From: Gemmatimonadota bacterium
GTDB taxonomy: Bacteria > Gemmatimonadota > Gemmatimonadetes > Palauibacterales > Palauibacteraceae
NCBI GenBank assembly: GCA_039588215.1
Contig: JBDHAD010000002.1
Coordinates: 2,036 to 66,035, forward strand
Direction: 5' to 3'
DNA: 64,000 bases
Position numbers and translations under genes: made by a program. The notes beneath the pieces are model-generated. The model saw nothing but the letters and a program-made list of their open reading frames with translations. It ran no database searches and had not been told where the DNA came from. Shown here piece after piece: positions 17,779 through 27,994 of the stretch; positions within the stretch are counted from its first letter, which is position 1; each line of letters starts with the position of its first letter.

Positions 17779-18222
17779 ATGGGTAAGACGATCGGCAGCG
17801 TGATCCTGGGGTATCTGGTGATGGTCGTCGTGGTCTTCGGAACCTTCTCGCTTGCCTTCCTCGTGCTCGGAACGGGGGGTTCCTTTCGGGAGGGATCGTA
17901 CGACATCTCCAGCCTGTGGATCGTCGTGAGTATCATCCTCGGGTTCATCGCCGCAGTGGTGGGAGGACTGGTCTGTCTCGCCGTGGCCCGGGAGGAGAGA
18001 GCGGCCCATATCCTCGCGCTCGTCGTGATCGCGTTGGGGATCGTGTTCGCGCTGCCGCAATTGACCGGGGGCATCGAGGACCCGGGCCCGCGGCCGGCCG
18101 ATATGGCCACGTTCGAAGCGATGCAGAGCGCCCGGCAGCCCACGTGGCTGGCGTTGTTGAACCCGCTGATCGGGGCGGCCGGGATTCTGACCGCGGTCCG
18201 GCTCAAGAAGAAAAAGGTCTGA
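17779..18222 (+). CDS. Small integral membrane protein, unknown function
   Basis: ATG 17779 is preceded by AAGGAG (17765-17770). About four hydrophobic helices and a C-terminal KKKKV. The ORF-track start at 17578 adds a non-coding-looking leader overlapping the DinB gene start. Confidence 0.65.
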   Translation: MGKTIGSVILGYLVMVVVVFGTFSLAFLVLGTGGSFREGSYDISSLWIVVSIILGFIAAVVGGLVCLAVAREERAAHILALVVIALGIVFALPQLTGGIEDPGPRPADMATFEAMQSARQPTWLALLNPLIGAAGILTAVRLKKKKV

Positions 18223-18289
18223 CGCCGCGGTTGGCGCCGCTTCCGGCGTCGGCTTGGCCAGCGCTCGGGCGCGAGCCTGGCCGCCCGCC

Positions 18290-19900
18290 TTATCGCTCCG
18301 GCGGTTGCCTCCACTCTACCGGGGGTAGCACGACCTTCTCCGGTAGGCCCGACATGTCTCCGGTCGTGACGAACCGTTCGAGCGCCATACGGAACTCGTC
18401 CGACGCATCCAGCGCCTCGCTGAGCGCGCCGTGCGTCCCGCGCTCCACAAGCACGAAACGGCTTACCTTGAAGTGGGGGACGAGCTGGAGCGCGTTCTCG
18501 AGCGGCGTCGACATGTCCCAATTCCCGTGCACGATGACCGTCGGGATGTCGGTGTCGAAGTTCTCCCGGAACTTATCTCCCAGGTCGGCGTCCCACGCGG
18601 GGCACGTCACCTGATAGAACCAGCCGAGGTTGCCCACGACCTCTGCGCCCCGATCCTCCAGCATCTGGCCGGCGCGGGCGGGGCTGATCCCGGACCCACA
18701 ATCGAGCATGAAGAACGCGGCGGTCGGTATGCCTGGCGCACGGGTACGGCTCGCGAGCTGACGATTGGCGGGGACCCGGAAGTCGCCCTCATGGAGTCGG
18801 ATGATGTCTGCGGGCCAACCGGCCATGCGATGGCCGCGCAGACTCGGGGTGAAGCCGCTCCACAGAGATCGGAAATCTTCGCCCGTCAGGATCACGTCGA
18901 CCGAATCGCGTGAGCCGGGCCGTTTGATGCGAACCGTGATGGGCTCGGAGTCGGCGCGCTCGATCACTTCCCGAAAGGCGGCAATGAGCCCGCCCGCCGG
19001 AATCCGATCGCCGAGGGCGCCCGACGCCTCCGCGTCAGCGGCCGTCCGCTCCAGCGCCTTCAGCACCCAACCGGGCATGTCGTACGTGTGGTCGGGGCCT
19101 TCCATGCCGTTCAGGACCGCACGCTCTACGATCTCCGGGTAGTACCGGAGCACGGTCATCCCCCAGTGTGATCCAAAGCTGCCGCCATGGACCTGGATTC
19201 TCTCGTAGCCCAAGGCCTCGCGGACATCGTTCACATCGGCGGCGGCTTCGATCACGGTGAGCCCGCTAAGATCCACCCCCTCACCCTCCCACTTCGCCCG
19301 ACATCGTTGAGCAGCGGTGAACATCTGGGTGGCCCGTACCTCGAGCGTCGGCTCGATGTCGGGGCCCAACGGCTCCGCGGATTCACACGCGGTGTTTGGC
19401 GCCGAGGATCCGATTCCCCGCTGGCCGACGACCACCACGTCGGCGAGGTGGAAGCGGGGCGCGATGTACTCCTCGAAGAATCCCTCTCGCTCGAGCTGGC
19501 TCCCGAACCCGGGCCACCCCGGCCCGCCATTCAGCCGGAAGACGGGAGGAGTCGAGGGGTCGGCCTCGGGGCCCGCGGGGAAGCGGTGGAACTCGAGCGC
19601 GATCACCCCGGTGCCGGGCGTGGCTCGGTTGGCCGGCACGTAGAGCACGCCCCGTTCGGCTTCGTAGACACCGCCATCCTCGCGCGGGATCTCTACCGTG
19701 GAGAGCAGGAGTGTGCCCGGTGGGTGCGCCTCCACCTCCGAGCTCGGTGCAGGCTCCGGTGCCTGCGCCGCCAGGATACTGGGCACCACCAGCAAGAGCA
19801 GGAGTGCCGGAAATGAGAACGCCCCGGTTGGGCGGAGCGGTCGGCCTGAAAGCGGTCGGCCTGGATTCGAAGTGAGTTCCGTCATGTTGACGTCCCGCAT
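18290..19900 (-). CDS. Secreted alpha/beta hydrolase (S33 / tripeptidyl-aminopeptidase-like)
   Basis: 536 aa. Signal peptide (FPALLLLLVVPSILAAQAP). Nucleophile elbow HGGSFGSHWG. Length and C-terminal region fit the TAP-like alpha/beta hydrolase layout. Confidence 0.8.
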   Translation of the reverse strand: MRDVNMTELTSNPGRPLSGRPLRPTGAFSFPALLLLLVVPSILAAQAPEPAPSSEVEAHPPGTLLLSTVEIPREDGGVYEAERGVLYVPANRATPGTGVIALEFHRFPAGPEADPSTPPVFRLNGGPGWPGFGSQLEREGFFEEYIAPRFHLADVVVVGQRGIGSSAPNTACESAEPLGPDIEPTLEVRATQMFTAAQRCRAKWEGEGVDLSGLTVIEAAADVNDVREALGYERIQVHGGSFGSHWGMTVLRYYPEIVERAVLNGMEGPDHTYDMPGWVLKALERTAADAEASGALGDRIPAGGLIAAFREVIERADSEPITVRIKRPGSRDSVDVILTGEDFRSLWSGFTPSLRGHRMAGWPADIIRLHEGDFRVPANRQLASRTRAPGIPTAAFFMLDCGSGISPARAGQMLEDRGAEVVGNLGWFYQVTCPAWDADLGDKFRENFDTDIPTVIVHGNWDMSTPLENALQLVPHFKVSRFVLVERGTHGALSEALDASDEFRMALERFVTTGDMSGLPEKVVLPPVEWRQPPER

Positions 19901-20149
19901 TCAATCGCCGTGTCTTGTCTCGAGGGTGTGAGTCGCGGCCCCCATGCCCCTGGGTCCACCCGACGTGCCCGAAGTGAGGGAACCGATACCCGGCTGGCTG
20001 AGGGCGCAAGCCAACAACGTCATCGCGCTGGATCCTGGAGAGCCGTACGGACGCTTGCCGCTCCGAGTTTGATTTGGTTGATTTGGAATCGGGAGGACCT
20101 GTGTGAGCGACGGGTGACTCAGGTCCCAATGGCAACCGCCGGGGGTGGG

Positions 20150-20566
20150 ATGATGGCCTACACGATCAGACGCGTCGACTACTTCTACACAACCGTACGA
20201 GATCAGCCGGGCTCCGCGTACACGCTCCTGGCCGCGCTCGCTGATCAGGGGATCAACCTCGTCGCGTTCACCGCGGTGCCGGTCGGACCGATGCGCGCAC
20301 AGCTCACGCTCTTTCCCCACGATTCGGGACAGCTCCAGAGGGCCGCCAAGAAAGCGGGGATGCAGCTGGACGGGCCGAACCCGGCCCTGCTGGTCCAGGG
20401 CGATGACGAGCTGGGGGCGCTCGCGAAGGTCCACGAGCGACTGTATCAAGCGAACGTAAACGTGTTCGCCTCGAGCGGGGTCGCGGACAACAGCGGGAGC
20501 TACGGCTACGTCCTGTACGTGAAGCCCGAGGATTACGAGCGAGCGGCGGCGGCGCTGAAGGTGTAG
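20150..20566 (+). CDS. ACT-like small ligand-binding domain protein
   Basis: ~138 aa. Two ACT-like halves (YFYTTVRDQPGSAYTLLAALADQGINLVAF.. and ..GDDELGALAKVHERLYQANVNVFA). The start is ambiguous (ATG 20129, 20150 or 20153). The ORF-track start at 19910 is unlikely. Confidence 0.6.
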   Translation: MMAYTIRRVDYFYTTVRDQPGSAYTLLAALADQGINLVAFTAVPVGPMRAQLTLFPHDSGQLQRAAKKAGMQLDGPNPALLVQGDDELGALAKVHERLYQANVNVFASSGVADNSGSYGYVLYVKPEDYERAAAALKV

Positions 20567-20590
20567 GGCGCCGGCAACGGCCCGCCCGTC

Positions 20591-21817
20591 CTACGCGAGC
20601 TTCCCCTTCCAGCCCCTGGGGACCTTCAGATCCCCGGCTCCGGTGAATGCGGCCAGGCTGGCCAGCGACTCGCGAAGACCCGTCACGAGCTCGCTGCCGT
20701 CGTCGCAGCCCTTCTCCAGGTGCAACGACTTGATCTCGAGCAGGCCACGATCCCGGTGCAGCTTGGGGTCGAGCCGCCCGACTAGCCGACCCTGGTGCAG
20801 GATCGGGAGCACGTAGTACCCGTATTCGCGCTTGGCCGGAGGGACGTAGATCTCGATTCGGTAGCGGAAGTCGAGCAGCTCCTCCGCGCGCTCCCTCCGC
20901 CATAGCAGGGAATCGAAGGGGCACAGCAAGGTGGTGCCCTCGGGGGCGGATAAAGCGTCGAGTTCGTCGAGGTGTTCGGGGAGCGCATAGCACGGTCCGC
21001 GCACGCCATCCACTCGCACTCTTACGATCCGCCCGACCTTCAGATTCCGGGCGATCACGCGGCGACGTGTCTCGGCCTTGAGGCTCGGGGCGGTCCAGTA
21101 ATTGAGCAGGTGCCGCTCGCTCGCGATCCCGTTCCCCGACAGCCCGATCAGGAGCCAGCTGTCCTCGAACTCGGTCGGGGTCGCGGCATCGCCCTCCGGG
21201 TAGACCCGTTCTGCCAGATCGTACACGCACCGGAAGTGACGACGCTCGCGCACGGCCACCCGTCCGTCGTGCCACAGCAGCTTGAGCGAGCGCTTGTCCT
21301 CTTTCGGCATCGGCATCGCGCCCCCGAGCAGGCCCGGGTCACCGAGCTTCTCGTCCGTTCGCTCGAAGTCGGCGCTCTCGAGCGGACCCTCCGCCCGCAA
21401 CCGCCTGAGGACGCGACGCTTCGACGCGGTGGAGGTCGAGTACACCGACCACCACGCCTTGCCGCTCCAGCTCTTGGGGGGAAAGCGTCGCATGCGCCGC
21501 CGACCGAGTGGGAGGTGCGAGATTGGGAGGATCGAGGCTTCATGCCCCCAGTACTCGTACGCGGCCCGGTCCCGGTACGCCCACCGATCGACCTGCTTCC
21601 GGTCGAACGCGCCGAAACGGCTCCACAGGGTCAGATAGTGCGCCCGATCCAGCACGTTGATCGTGTCGAGCTGGAGGGCCCCCGTGCGCTCGAGGTGATC
21701 GGTCAAACTGACGCGGGTCAGAGGCTCGGCTCCGCGCGGGCGATCTATACCCTGGCGCTGGAACCACAGCCGGACGACGCTCTCACGATCGATGCGGGGC
21801 GGGGCAGGTGATGCCAT
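20591..21817 (-). CDS. YcaQ/AlkZ-family winged-helix DNA glycosylase (interstrand-crosslink repair family, DUF1006)
   Basis: 408 aa. ..LERTGALQLDTINVLDRAHYLTLWSRFG..YEYWGHEASILP..REYGYYVLPIL.. are characteristic family blocks. Confidence 0.85.
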   Translation of the reverse strand: MASPAPPRIDRESVVRLWFQRQGIDRPRGAEPLTRVSLTDHLERTGALQLDTINVLDRAHYLTLWSRFGAFDRKQVDRWAYRDRAAYEYWGHEASILPISHLPLGRRRMRRFPPKSWSGKAWWSVYSTSTASKRRVLRRLRAEGPLESADFERTDEKLGDPGLLGGAMPMPKEDKRSLKLLWHDGRVAVRERRHFRCVYDLAERVYPEGDAATPTEFEDSWLLIGLSGNGIASERHLLNYWTAPSLKAETRRRVIARNLKVGRIVRVRVDGVRGPCYALPEHLDELDALSAPEGTTLLCPFDSLLWRRERAEELLDFRYRIEIYVPPAKREYGYYVLPILHQGRLVGRLDPKLHRDRGLLEIKSLHLEKGCDDGSELVTGLRESLASLAAFTGAGDLKVPRGWKGKLA

Positions 21818-21941
21818 GGCCTACGTATAACGCGAGCCAGCCGATTGCGCATGTGAGTGGGAGTGAGGAAGCGCGAGGGCCGACGGCTTAGTTGGGAGGC
21901 TGGGAGGCCGCCGCCTGACCCTCGCGCCGAGCCGTAAAGCG

Positions 21942-23057
21942 TTACATGATCTCGGACCACGTGCCCGGCTCCTCGACCATCGGGCCGAGGCCGCGAAGCG
22001 CGAGCTGGATGTTGCATGAGTGGTATTGGAGATCCCAGTTCCCGTTCGCTTGGACGGGGTTCGCTGAGGCTTGATTCAACAGCAGGTTGAGGCCGGCGAC
22101 GACCGCGCCGCGCACCTTCTGCTTTCCGTTGCTGGTGACGTCGTCCCCGACGAGGATGAGCCCATCCCACTGCAGGTTGCCGCTCAACGTCACGTCGTTC
22201 AGCACCACCAGGGTCCCGCGCCCGCTCATGGTCGGGTTCATCTGATAGCCGGGCTGGTCGATCAGAATGACCGGCCAGTCTCCCGGCGCGACCTGGCTCC
22301 GGAAGCTCGGGTACCCCGTCTGAGACACGACGTAGTCGAACCCCACGTAGTTGCCGCTGATCAAGCTCTGCCACGGGATCTTGGTAGCCTGGAGCATGGC
22401 CATCGCGATGCTGCTCGAGTCCACGGCGGGATTCCCGGCGAAGCCCCGGGTCTGGGTGGCGCTCGTGGAGCTGGGGGTGCGCGCGTTGAGCAGTCCACGC
22501 GTCCGGAGACCCCCGGGCGGCACGACGAGGCCGGCCACGTCCTGCGTTCCGCCGATCGAGCAGTCTGCGGGCGTCGCCGCATCCATGCCCGAGACGAGCC
22601 CCGCCGCGCCGTTCTTGTTCAAACCGCCGGGTGCGACCACAGCCGCGTACAGGTTGAACGGTGCCGGTGCCTCGAGCACCGTCCTGCTCAACATCCTGGT
22701 CGCGCCGAGCCCATCCGGTCGGGTGTATGCACCGCGTGAGAGTACGCGCCAGAGCGCGCTCGCATCGTCGACCCCAACCAGCCGCTCTCCCCAGACGTAG
22801 GTCGAACCAGACGGGAAGTGGTACACCTGCGTATCGGTCGAGACGTTCCCCCGGGCCAGGTAGTTGGCGAGTCCCGCATCCGCCATGTAGAAAGCGTCCA
22901 CGCTGCTGCGGTGGTTCTCGCTCACCCGGAGATCGGTATGTGAGAGAAGGAAGCCGGCCGTGGAGATCGCGGTCAGGGCGAGGAGGGCCAGGAGGGTCGC
23001 CGCGAGGGCAAACCCGTTCTGGTCATGACGTTGGCTACGGCGTTGCCTTACTTCCAC
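21942..23057 (-). CDS. PilX N-terminal-domain protein (type IV pilus minor-pilin/assembly-like), orphan
   Basis: 371 aa. N-terminus QNGFALAATLLALLALTAISTAGFLLSHTDLRVSENHRSSVDAFYMADAGL fits the PilX_N pattern (hydrophobic helix + AFY.AEAGL). No other pilus genes are in the window. Confidence 0.7.
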   Translation of the reverse strand: MEVRQRRSQRHDQNGFALAATLLALLALTAISTAGFLLSHTDLRVSENHRSSVDAFYMADAGLANYLARGNVSTDTQVYHFPSGSTYVWGERLVGVDDASALWRVLSRGAYTRPDGLGATRMLSRTVLEAPAPFNLYAAVVAPGGLNKNGAAGLVSGMDAATPADCSIGGTQDVAGLVVPPGGLRTRGLLNARTPSSTSATQTRGFAGNPAVDSSSIAMAMLQATKIPWQSLISGNYVGFDYVVSQTGYPSFRSQVAPGDWPVILIDQPGYQMNPTMSGRGTLVVLNDVTLSGNLQWDGLILVGDDVTSNGKQKVRGAVVAGLNLLLNQASANPVQANGNWDLQYHSCNIQLALRGLGPMVEEPGTWSEIM

Positions 23058-23440
23058 AAGGGACCCCCGCGGTCAGCCCATTTTTTTCCGACTCGGCCGC
23101 CAGGCTGTCGCCTTCTGTCGACGGTTCACGAGCACGGGTCTCCGATATCGCCGCACACCACGCCGTGCAAAGCGAGGACCGTCGCGAACACGCGATTCCG
23201 GGCTCACAAGCATCAGACGTTCGCAAGATCAGTGCTGATATTGTGTTACGAGAACGGCGCGTGGGTCGCGAGCGAAACGCCGTGTGGCCGGGATCCGGCA
23301 GAACGCGACGCAACGTCGGTCGGACGGTGGGGCAGTTCGCCGCTGCTGCGTGCAGACCGCGGCAAGGGCCCGGATCCGGGTACGGGGACGACACTTCGCG
23401 CTCTCGACGGACTGGTTCTCCCGACGTAGGTTCGCGGCCC

Positions 23441-24064
23441 ATGACCATCGTCGACGCCGTTGCGATCGTGTGTGCGATCCTCGCGCTCTTCTTCTTCCTC
23501 GCCAGCTCTGGCTCGTTCCGCGAGCACCATTGGGTGCGGGGTGTCGTGACCCTGCTGCTCGGATCCTCGCTGCTGGCCGTCGCGTTCCTGTTCGGGGCCA
23601 TCGCCGTGGGCACGCAGGGATATCGTCCGCTCACGGGCGACGATGTGGCGGTGACGGTCACGACCGAGCCGATCTCGCCCGACTCGATCCGCGCCAAGTT
23701 CACGTTTCCGGGCGGGATCAGTCGAACATACCGGATCGCCGGCGACGTCATCCAACTCGAGGCCCATGTCCTGAGATGGCGTCCGCTTGTCGCCCGACTC
23801 GGGCTCGACTCCCAGTACGAGCTGGACCGGGTCTCCGGCAATTACAGCAGGCTGGTCGACCAGGAGACGAAGCCACGGACGGTGCTTTCGCTCGCCGTCC
23901 GGAAGCCGCTGGACTTCTTCGATCTGGCGACTCGTTTCGGCTTTCTCGCTCCGCTACTTGCCCACGATTATCGTGAGACTTCCGTCGTCCCAGGTGGCTC
24001 GAGCCAGGTATATGAGGTACGCGTCACCGAGTCCGAGCTGCTCGTTCAGCGGACTGGTGGATAG
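23441..24064 (+). CDS. Membrane-anchored hypothetical protein
   Basis: ATG 23441. Two N-terminal TM helices (AVAIVCAILALFFFLA, VVTLLLGSSLLAVAFLFGAIAV) and then a ~140-aa soluble domain. The 467-aa ORF-track version extends antisense through the PilX-like gene and was rejected. Confidence 0.6.
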   Translation: MTIVDAVAIVCAILALFFFLASSGSFREHHWVRGVVTLLLGSSLLAVAFLFGAIAVGTQGYRPLTGDDVAVTVTTEPISPDSIRAKFTFPGGISRTYRIAGDVIQLEAHVLRWRPLVARLGLDSQYELDRVSGNYSRLVDQETKPRTVLSLAVRKPLDFFDLATRFGFLAPLLAHDYRETSVVPGGSSQVYEVRVTESELLVQRTGG

Positions 24065-24181
24065 CCCGAGGGAAACTCCAGACCCGGGCACGGGTTGTAG
24101 GTGGGCGTAGGTGTTTGAAAGGAGATCGGGGTCCCGCGCGCGACGCGATGCTCCCCGTTCGCGCCGAAAAAAGGATCCAGA

Positions 24182-26227
24182 ATGAGACCCCATACCGTGC
24201 GAGCTCTCGCAGTCGCGTCCCTCTTCGCGCTCATCGCTCCAGCGATCACGACGATTTCCCGCACGATCGAACCGCTGGGGATCCAGGCCATCGGTGTCGC
24301 GCTCGCTCAGGAGCCGGCTGCGGAGGAGGAGCCTGCACCCGACCCGGAGCGTCTCCCGAATCCCGAGCACGCGTTCGACCCGCTCGAGCTTCCGGCGACG
24401 GACGAGATCCGGTCCATCTCGGGCGCGCCGGGTGAGAGATACTGGCAACAGCGCGCCGATTACGTGATCCGGGTAGCGCTCGATGACGACGATCATCGCA
24501 TCGAGGGAAGCGAGACGATCACCTACACGAACAACAGCCCCGACTCCCTCCGCAGTCTGTGGGTCCAGCTCGACCAGAACCTGTTTCGGGAGGACAGCTA
24601 CGGGGCGGAGCGCGCCGAAGACGGCCAGCGGCACGGTGGGTTCTTCAAGAATGGCGGGTTCGACGTTCAGGGTATCACGATCGATCTCGGTGGGCAGGCG
24701 TTCGCCCCCGAGTATCGGATCGAGGACACGATGATGGAGGTCCTACTCCCGGAACCGCTCGCCCCAAATGGGGAGCAACTCCGGCTCGAGCTAGAGTTCG
24801 CGTTCACGATCCCGGAGACGGGTGCCGACCGGATGGGGCGTCTCAAGGTCCGACGGGGAACGATCTACCAGTTGGCGCAGTGGTACCCCCGCGTGTTCAC
24901 GTACGACGACGTGAACGGCTGGAACAACCTCCCCTATCTGGGCCAGGGCGAGTGGTATCTGGAATACGGCGATTTCGATCTGGAGCTCACGCTGCCGCGC
25001 GACTACATCGTGGTCGCGACTGGCGAGTTGCAGAACCCCGAAGAGGTCCTGACGCAGGAACAGCAGCGTCGATTGAACGAGGCGCGCCGCAGCGAGACGA
25101 CGATCCCCATCATCGGCGAGGACGAGGCCGGCGACGAATCGACGCGTCCGGTGGGTGAAGGACCTCTCACGTGGAAGTTCCGCGCCGAGAACGTTCGGGA
25201 TGTCGCGTGGGCGGCGTCCGACCGCTTCATCTGGGATGCAGCGAGCTGGGAAGACGTGCTCATCATGTCCGCCTATCCGGAGGAATCGCTCGGTGGCCAG
25301 AGGTTTTCGGGGTGGGAGCGATCCACGGAGTATCTACGCCACTCCATCAAGCACTATTCGGAGCAGTGGGCGCGTTACCCGTATCCCGTCGCGATCAACG
25401 TCGGTGGCCTCGCGCTCGGGATGGAATACCCGATGATCGTGTTCTGCTCGCACCAGGCGAGGGGCGGTTTCCTGTTCGCGGTTACGGACCACGAGATCGG
25501 GCACACCTGGTTCCCGATGATGGTCGGATCGGATGAGCGTCGGTACGCGTGGATGGACGAGGGCTTCGACACATTCATCAACTACTACTCGGGCATGGTA
25601 TTCTCGGGTGGGGCGCCGATCCTGGCCGCCCTGATGCAGCCGGGACAGATCGCCGATGACATGCGCTCTGCCGAGCACTCCATGCTCGCGGTCCCGGATA
25701 GCCTCGACGAGAACGAGATCGGGTTTCTAGCCTACAACAAGCCCGCCGCCGTCCTCGTGCTCCTGCGAGAAACCGTCCTCGGTCCAGAGCTGTTCGACGA
25801 AGCCTTCCGCGAGTACATCCGCCGCTGGTCGTTCAAGCATCCCCAACCGGCGGACTTCATCCGCACCATGGAGGACGTCACCGGCGAAGATCTGGATTGG
25901 TTCTTCCGGGGCTGGGTGTACGAGAACGGCACGCTCGATCAGGCCGTCGCAGGCGTACAAGTCATCGACGAGAGAACGGTGGTCACGATCGAGAACCGTG
26001 GAAGGATCGTGATGCCCTTGGAGCTGCGCTTGATCTTCCGTGACGGCACCGAGGAGTTCCGGAATGTACCGGTGGACGACTGGTCCGAGACGGGCCAGTT
26101 CGTGCTCGAGATCTCCGAGAAGCGGCTTCGGCACGTGCAGATCGATCCCGACGGTGTGCTCCCCGATGTGGACCGTTCCAACAACGTGTGGGGCCGGGGC
26201 GTTGTTGGGAGGCGGTCGTCAGGCTAG
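24182..26227 (+). CDS. M1-family zinc metallopeptidase (aminopeptidase N-like), secreted
   Basis: 681 aa. Signal peptide. Gluzincin motif VTDHEIGHTWF followed by WMDEGF. Confidence 0.9.
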   Translation: MRPHTVRALAVASLFALIAPAITTISRTIEPLGIQAIGVALAQEPAAEEEPAPDPERLPNPEHAFDPLELPATDEIRSISGAPGERYWQQRADYVIRVALDDDDHRIEGSETITYTNNSPDSLRSLWVQLDQNLFREDSYGAERAEDGQRHGGFFKNGGFDVQGITIDLGGQAFAPEYRIEDTMMEVLLPEPLAPNGEQLRLELEFAFTIPETGADRMGRLKVRRGTIYQLAQWYPRVFTYDDVNGWNNLPYLGQGEWYLEYGDFDLELTLPRDYIVVATGELQNPEEVLTQEQQRRLNEARRSETTIPIIGEDEAGDESTRPVGEGPLTWKFRAENVRDVAWAASDRFIWDAASWEDVLIMSAYPEESLGGQRFSGWERSTEYLRHSIKHYSEQWARYPYPVAINVGGLALGMEYPMIVFCSHQARGGFLFAVTDHEIGHTWFPMMVGSDERRYAWMDEGFDTFINYYSGMVFSGGAPILAALMQPGQIADDMRSAEHSMLAVPDSLDENEIGFLAYNKPAAVLVLLRETVLGPELFDEAFREYIRRWSFKHPQPADFIRTMEDVTGEDLDWFFRGWVYENGTLDQAVAGVQVIDERTVVTIENRGRIVMPLELRLIFRDGTEEFRNVPVDDWSETGQFVLEISEKRLRHVQIDPDGVLPDVDRSNNVWGRGVVGRRSSG

Positions 26228-26237
26228 CGTCGGGCGC

Positions 26238-27275
26238 ATGATACGCCCGGGCTACAGGATTCGCTCTACAGTATTTGCCGCTGCAGGCTCGCTCGTCGCC
26301 GCGGCCATCTTGTGGTCGTGCGGTGGCACGGATCTGCAAGAGACCGCCCCCGGACCTGCCGCTACCCAAACCGCGAGCCTCGACGCGGCGCAAACCGACG
26401 GGACCGGCGGATCTCCGGAAGCGACGGGTCCGGCCCCACGCGACTCCGCTCTCATCGTCTACATCGCCAACGAGGGTGTGATGGTGGTGGCCGCGGGCAA
26501 GACCGTGCTCGTCGACGCCCTGTTTCGCGACGGGGTGAGCGGCTACGAGACCATCAACAGCTCCATACGAGAGGCGATGGAGCGGAGCATCGGAGCGTTC
26601 GGCGGCGTGGAGCTCGTGCTCGCCTCTCACCACCACCCGGATCACTTCGACGCCGAGGCGGTCCTCAATCACCTGCGCAACAACCCGGTGGCGCGGTTCG
26701 TGTCCACGACGCAGACCATTGCCCGGCTCGCCGCGGCTTCGGGAGGCGGAGCCGGAGATCCGGCCGGCGTCTCGGGAGCGGGAGTCGACGCGACGGTATT
26801 GGAGCGCGTCGCGGGAGTGTGGCCTGAAGAGGGCAGGGACACGGTGCTTTCGTTCGATGACATCGAGCTCCGTGTCCTCAACCTGCACCACGGTCGGGAC
26901 TTCGACCCACCGGTCGAAAACCTGGGATTGCTGGTGAGCCTGGGAGGCTTCAGGGCGCTCCACGTCGGCGACACCGAGGCCGGCGTGGAGGACTTCGCCC
27001 CGTACCGGCTCGCGGACGAGGGGATTCATCTCGCCTTTCTACCGTATTGGAAGCTCCTCGGGGACGAAGGTGTGGGGCTCCTGCGCGAGATCGGGGCGCA
27101 CGGCGTGGTAGCCATCCATGTGCCCACGGCCGGAGCGCCGACTTCGTGGTTTGGCGGGGCGGGCAGCCGCGAAGCGCTTGTTTCAGACCTGGAACGGACC
27201 ATCCCGGGCGTGATCGTGCTCGATGAACCGGGCGAGACGCATCAGATCGGATACTGGCCCGCCGAGCGCCCTTGA
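26238..27275 (+). CDS. MBL-fold metallo-hydrolase lipoprotein
   Basis: ATG 26238. Lipobox AAILWSCGG. Metal motif LASHHHPDHFD. Later HVGD and H residues are consistent with the beta-lactamase fold. Confidence 0.8.
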   Translation: MIRPGYRIRSTVFAAAGSLVAAAILWSCGGTDLQETAPGPAATQTASLDAAQTDGTGGSPEATGPAPRDSALIVYIANEGVMVVAAGKTVLVDALFRDGVSGYETINSSIREAMERSIGAFGGVELVLASHHHPDHFDAEAVLNHLRNNPVARFVSTTQTIARLAAASGGGAGDPAGVSGAGVDATVLERVAGVWPEEGRDTVLSFDDIELRVLNLHHGRDFDPPVENLGLLVSLGGFRALHVGDTEAGVEDFAPYRLADEGIHLAFLPYWKLLGDEGVGLLREIGAHGVVAIHVPTAGAPTSWFGGAGSREALVSDLERTIPGVIVLDEPGETHQIGYWPAERP

Positions 27276-27295
27276 GGCGAGCCCCTGAAAAGGCG

Positions 27296-27994
27296 ATGAC
27301 CATGGCCGGACAGCAGCGCTACTTCTCGAACGAGCTGTTCAAGTTTCTCCACGAGCTGACGGAGAACAACAATCGGCCCTGGTTTCAATCGAACAAGGAC
27401 CGGTACGACCGTTACGTCAAGGAGGCCTCCCTTCGATTCATCGAGGACTTCGCTCCCCACCTTCGGAAGATCAGCCCGCATTTCGTGGCCGACCCGCGTC
27501 CCGTCGGAGGCTCGCTGTTTCGCATCTATCGCGACACGCGGTTCTCGAAGGACAAGCGGCCCTATAAGACGCACGTCGGGATCCGGCTCACGCACGAGTC
27601 CGCCAAGGACGTGCACGCGCCCCTCTACTACTTGCACATGTCGAACGACGAAATGTTCGGTGGGGTTGGGATCTGGCACCCCGCTGGTGATGCGCTGCGT
27701 AAGATCCGGGAGGCCATCGTCGACGATGCGGCGAGCTGGAAGCGGGCCCGAAACGCGAAGAAGTTCACGGATGTGTTCGAGCTCGAGGGTGCTTCGCTAA
27801 AGACCGCACCCCGCGGGTTCGACCCCGAGCACCCGATGATCGAGGACCTGCGCCGGAAGGACTTCATCGGCGTCAAGCGACTTACGAAATCAGCCGTTAC
27901 GGACCCTGATTTCATGCAAGCGTTTGCCGACATCTGCCAGGCCGGCGCACCCCTGCAACGCTTTATCTGTCGGGCGCTGGCCGTACCCTACTGA
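27296..27994 (+). CDS. DUF2461 (TIGR02453) family protein
   Basis: FSNELFKFLHELTENNNRPWFQSNKDRYDRYVKEA...FRIYRDTRFSKDKRPYKTH is the classic DUF2461 signature. The start is ATG 27296 or 27302. Confidence 0.85.
   Translation: MTMAGQQRYFSNELFKFLHELTENNNRPWFQSNKDRYDRYVKEASLRFIEDFAPHLRKISPHFVADPRPVGGSLFRIYRDTRFSKDKRPYKTHVGIRLTHESAKDVHAPLYYLHMSNDEMFGGVGIWHPAGDALRKIREAIVDDAASWKRARNAKKFTDVFELEGASLKTAPRGFDPEHPMIEDLRRKDFIGVKRLTKSAVTDPDFMQAFADICQAGAPLQRFICRALAVPY

Noticed and set aside
22661-23440. A 260-aa N-terminal extension of the 23441-24064 gene (ORF track 22661-24064), and similar long leaders on ORFs at 8035, 17578, 19910, 26040, 34641-36461, 41598-43706, 42624 and 43910.
   Set aside because: The extensions overlap well-supported neighbouring genes or are Arg/Pro-rich. 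Internal starts have SD sequences, signal peptides or collinearity with paralogues.
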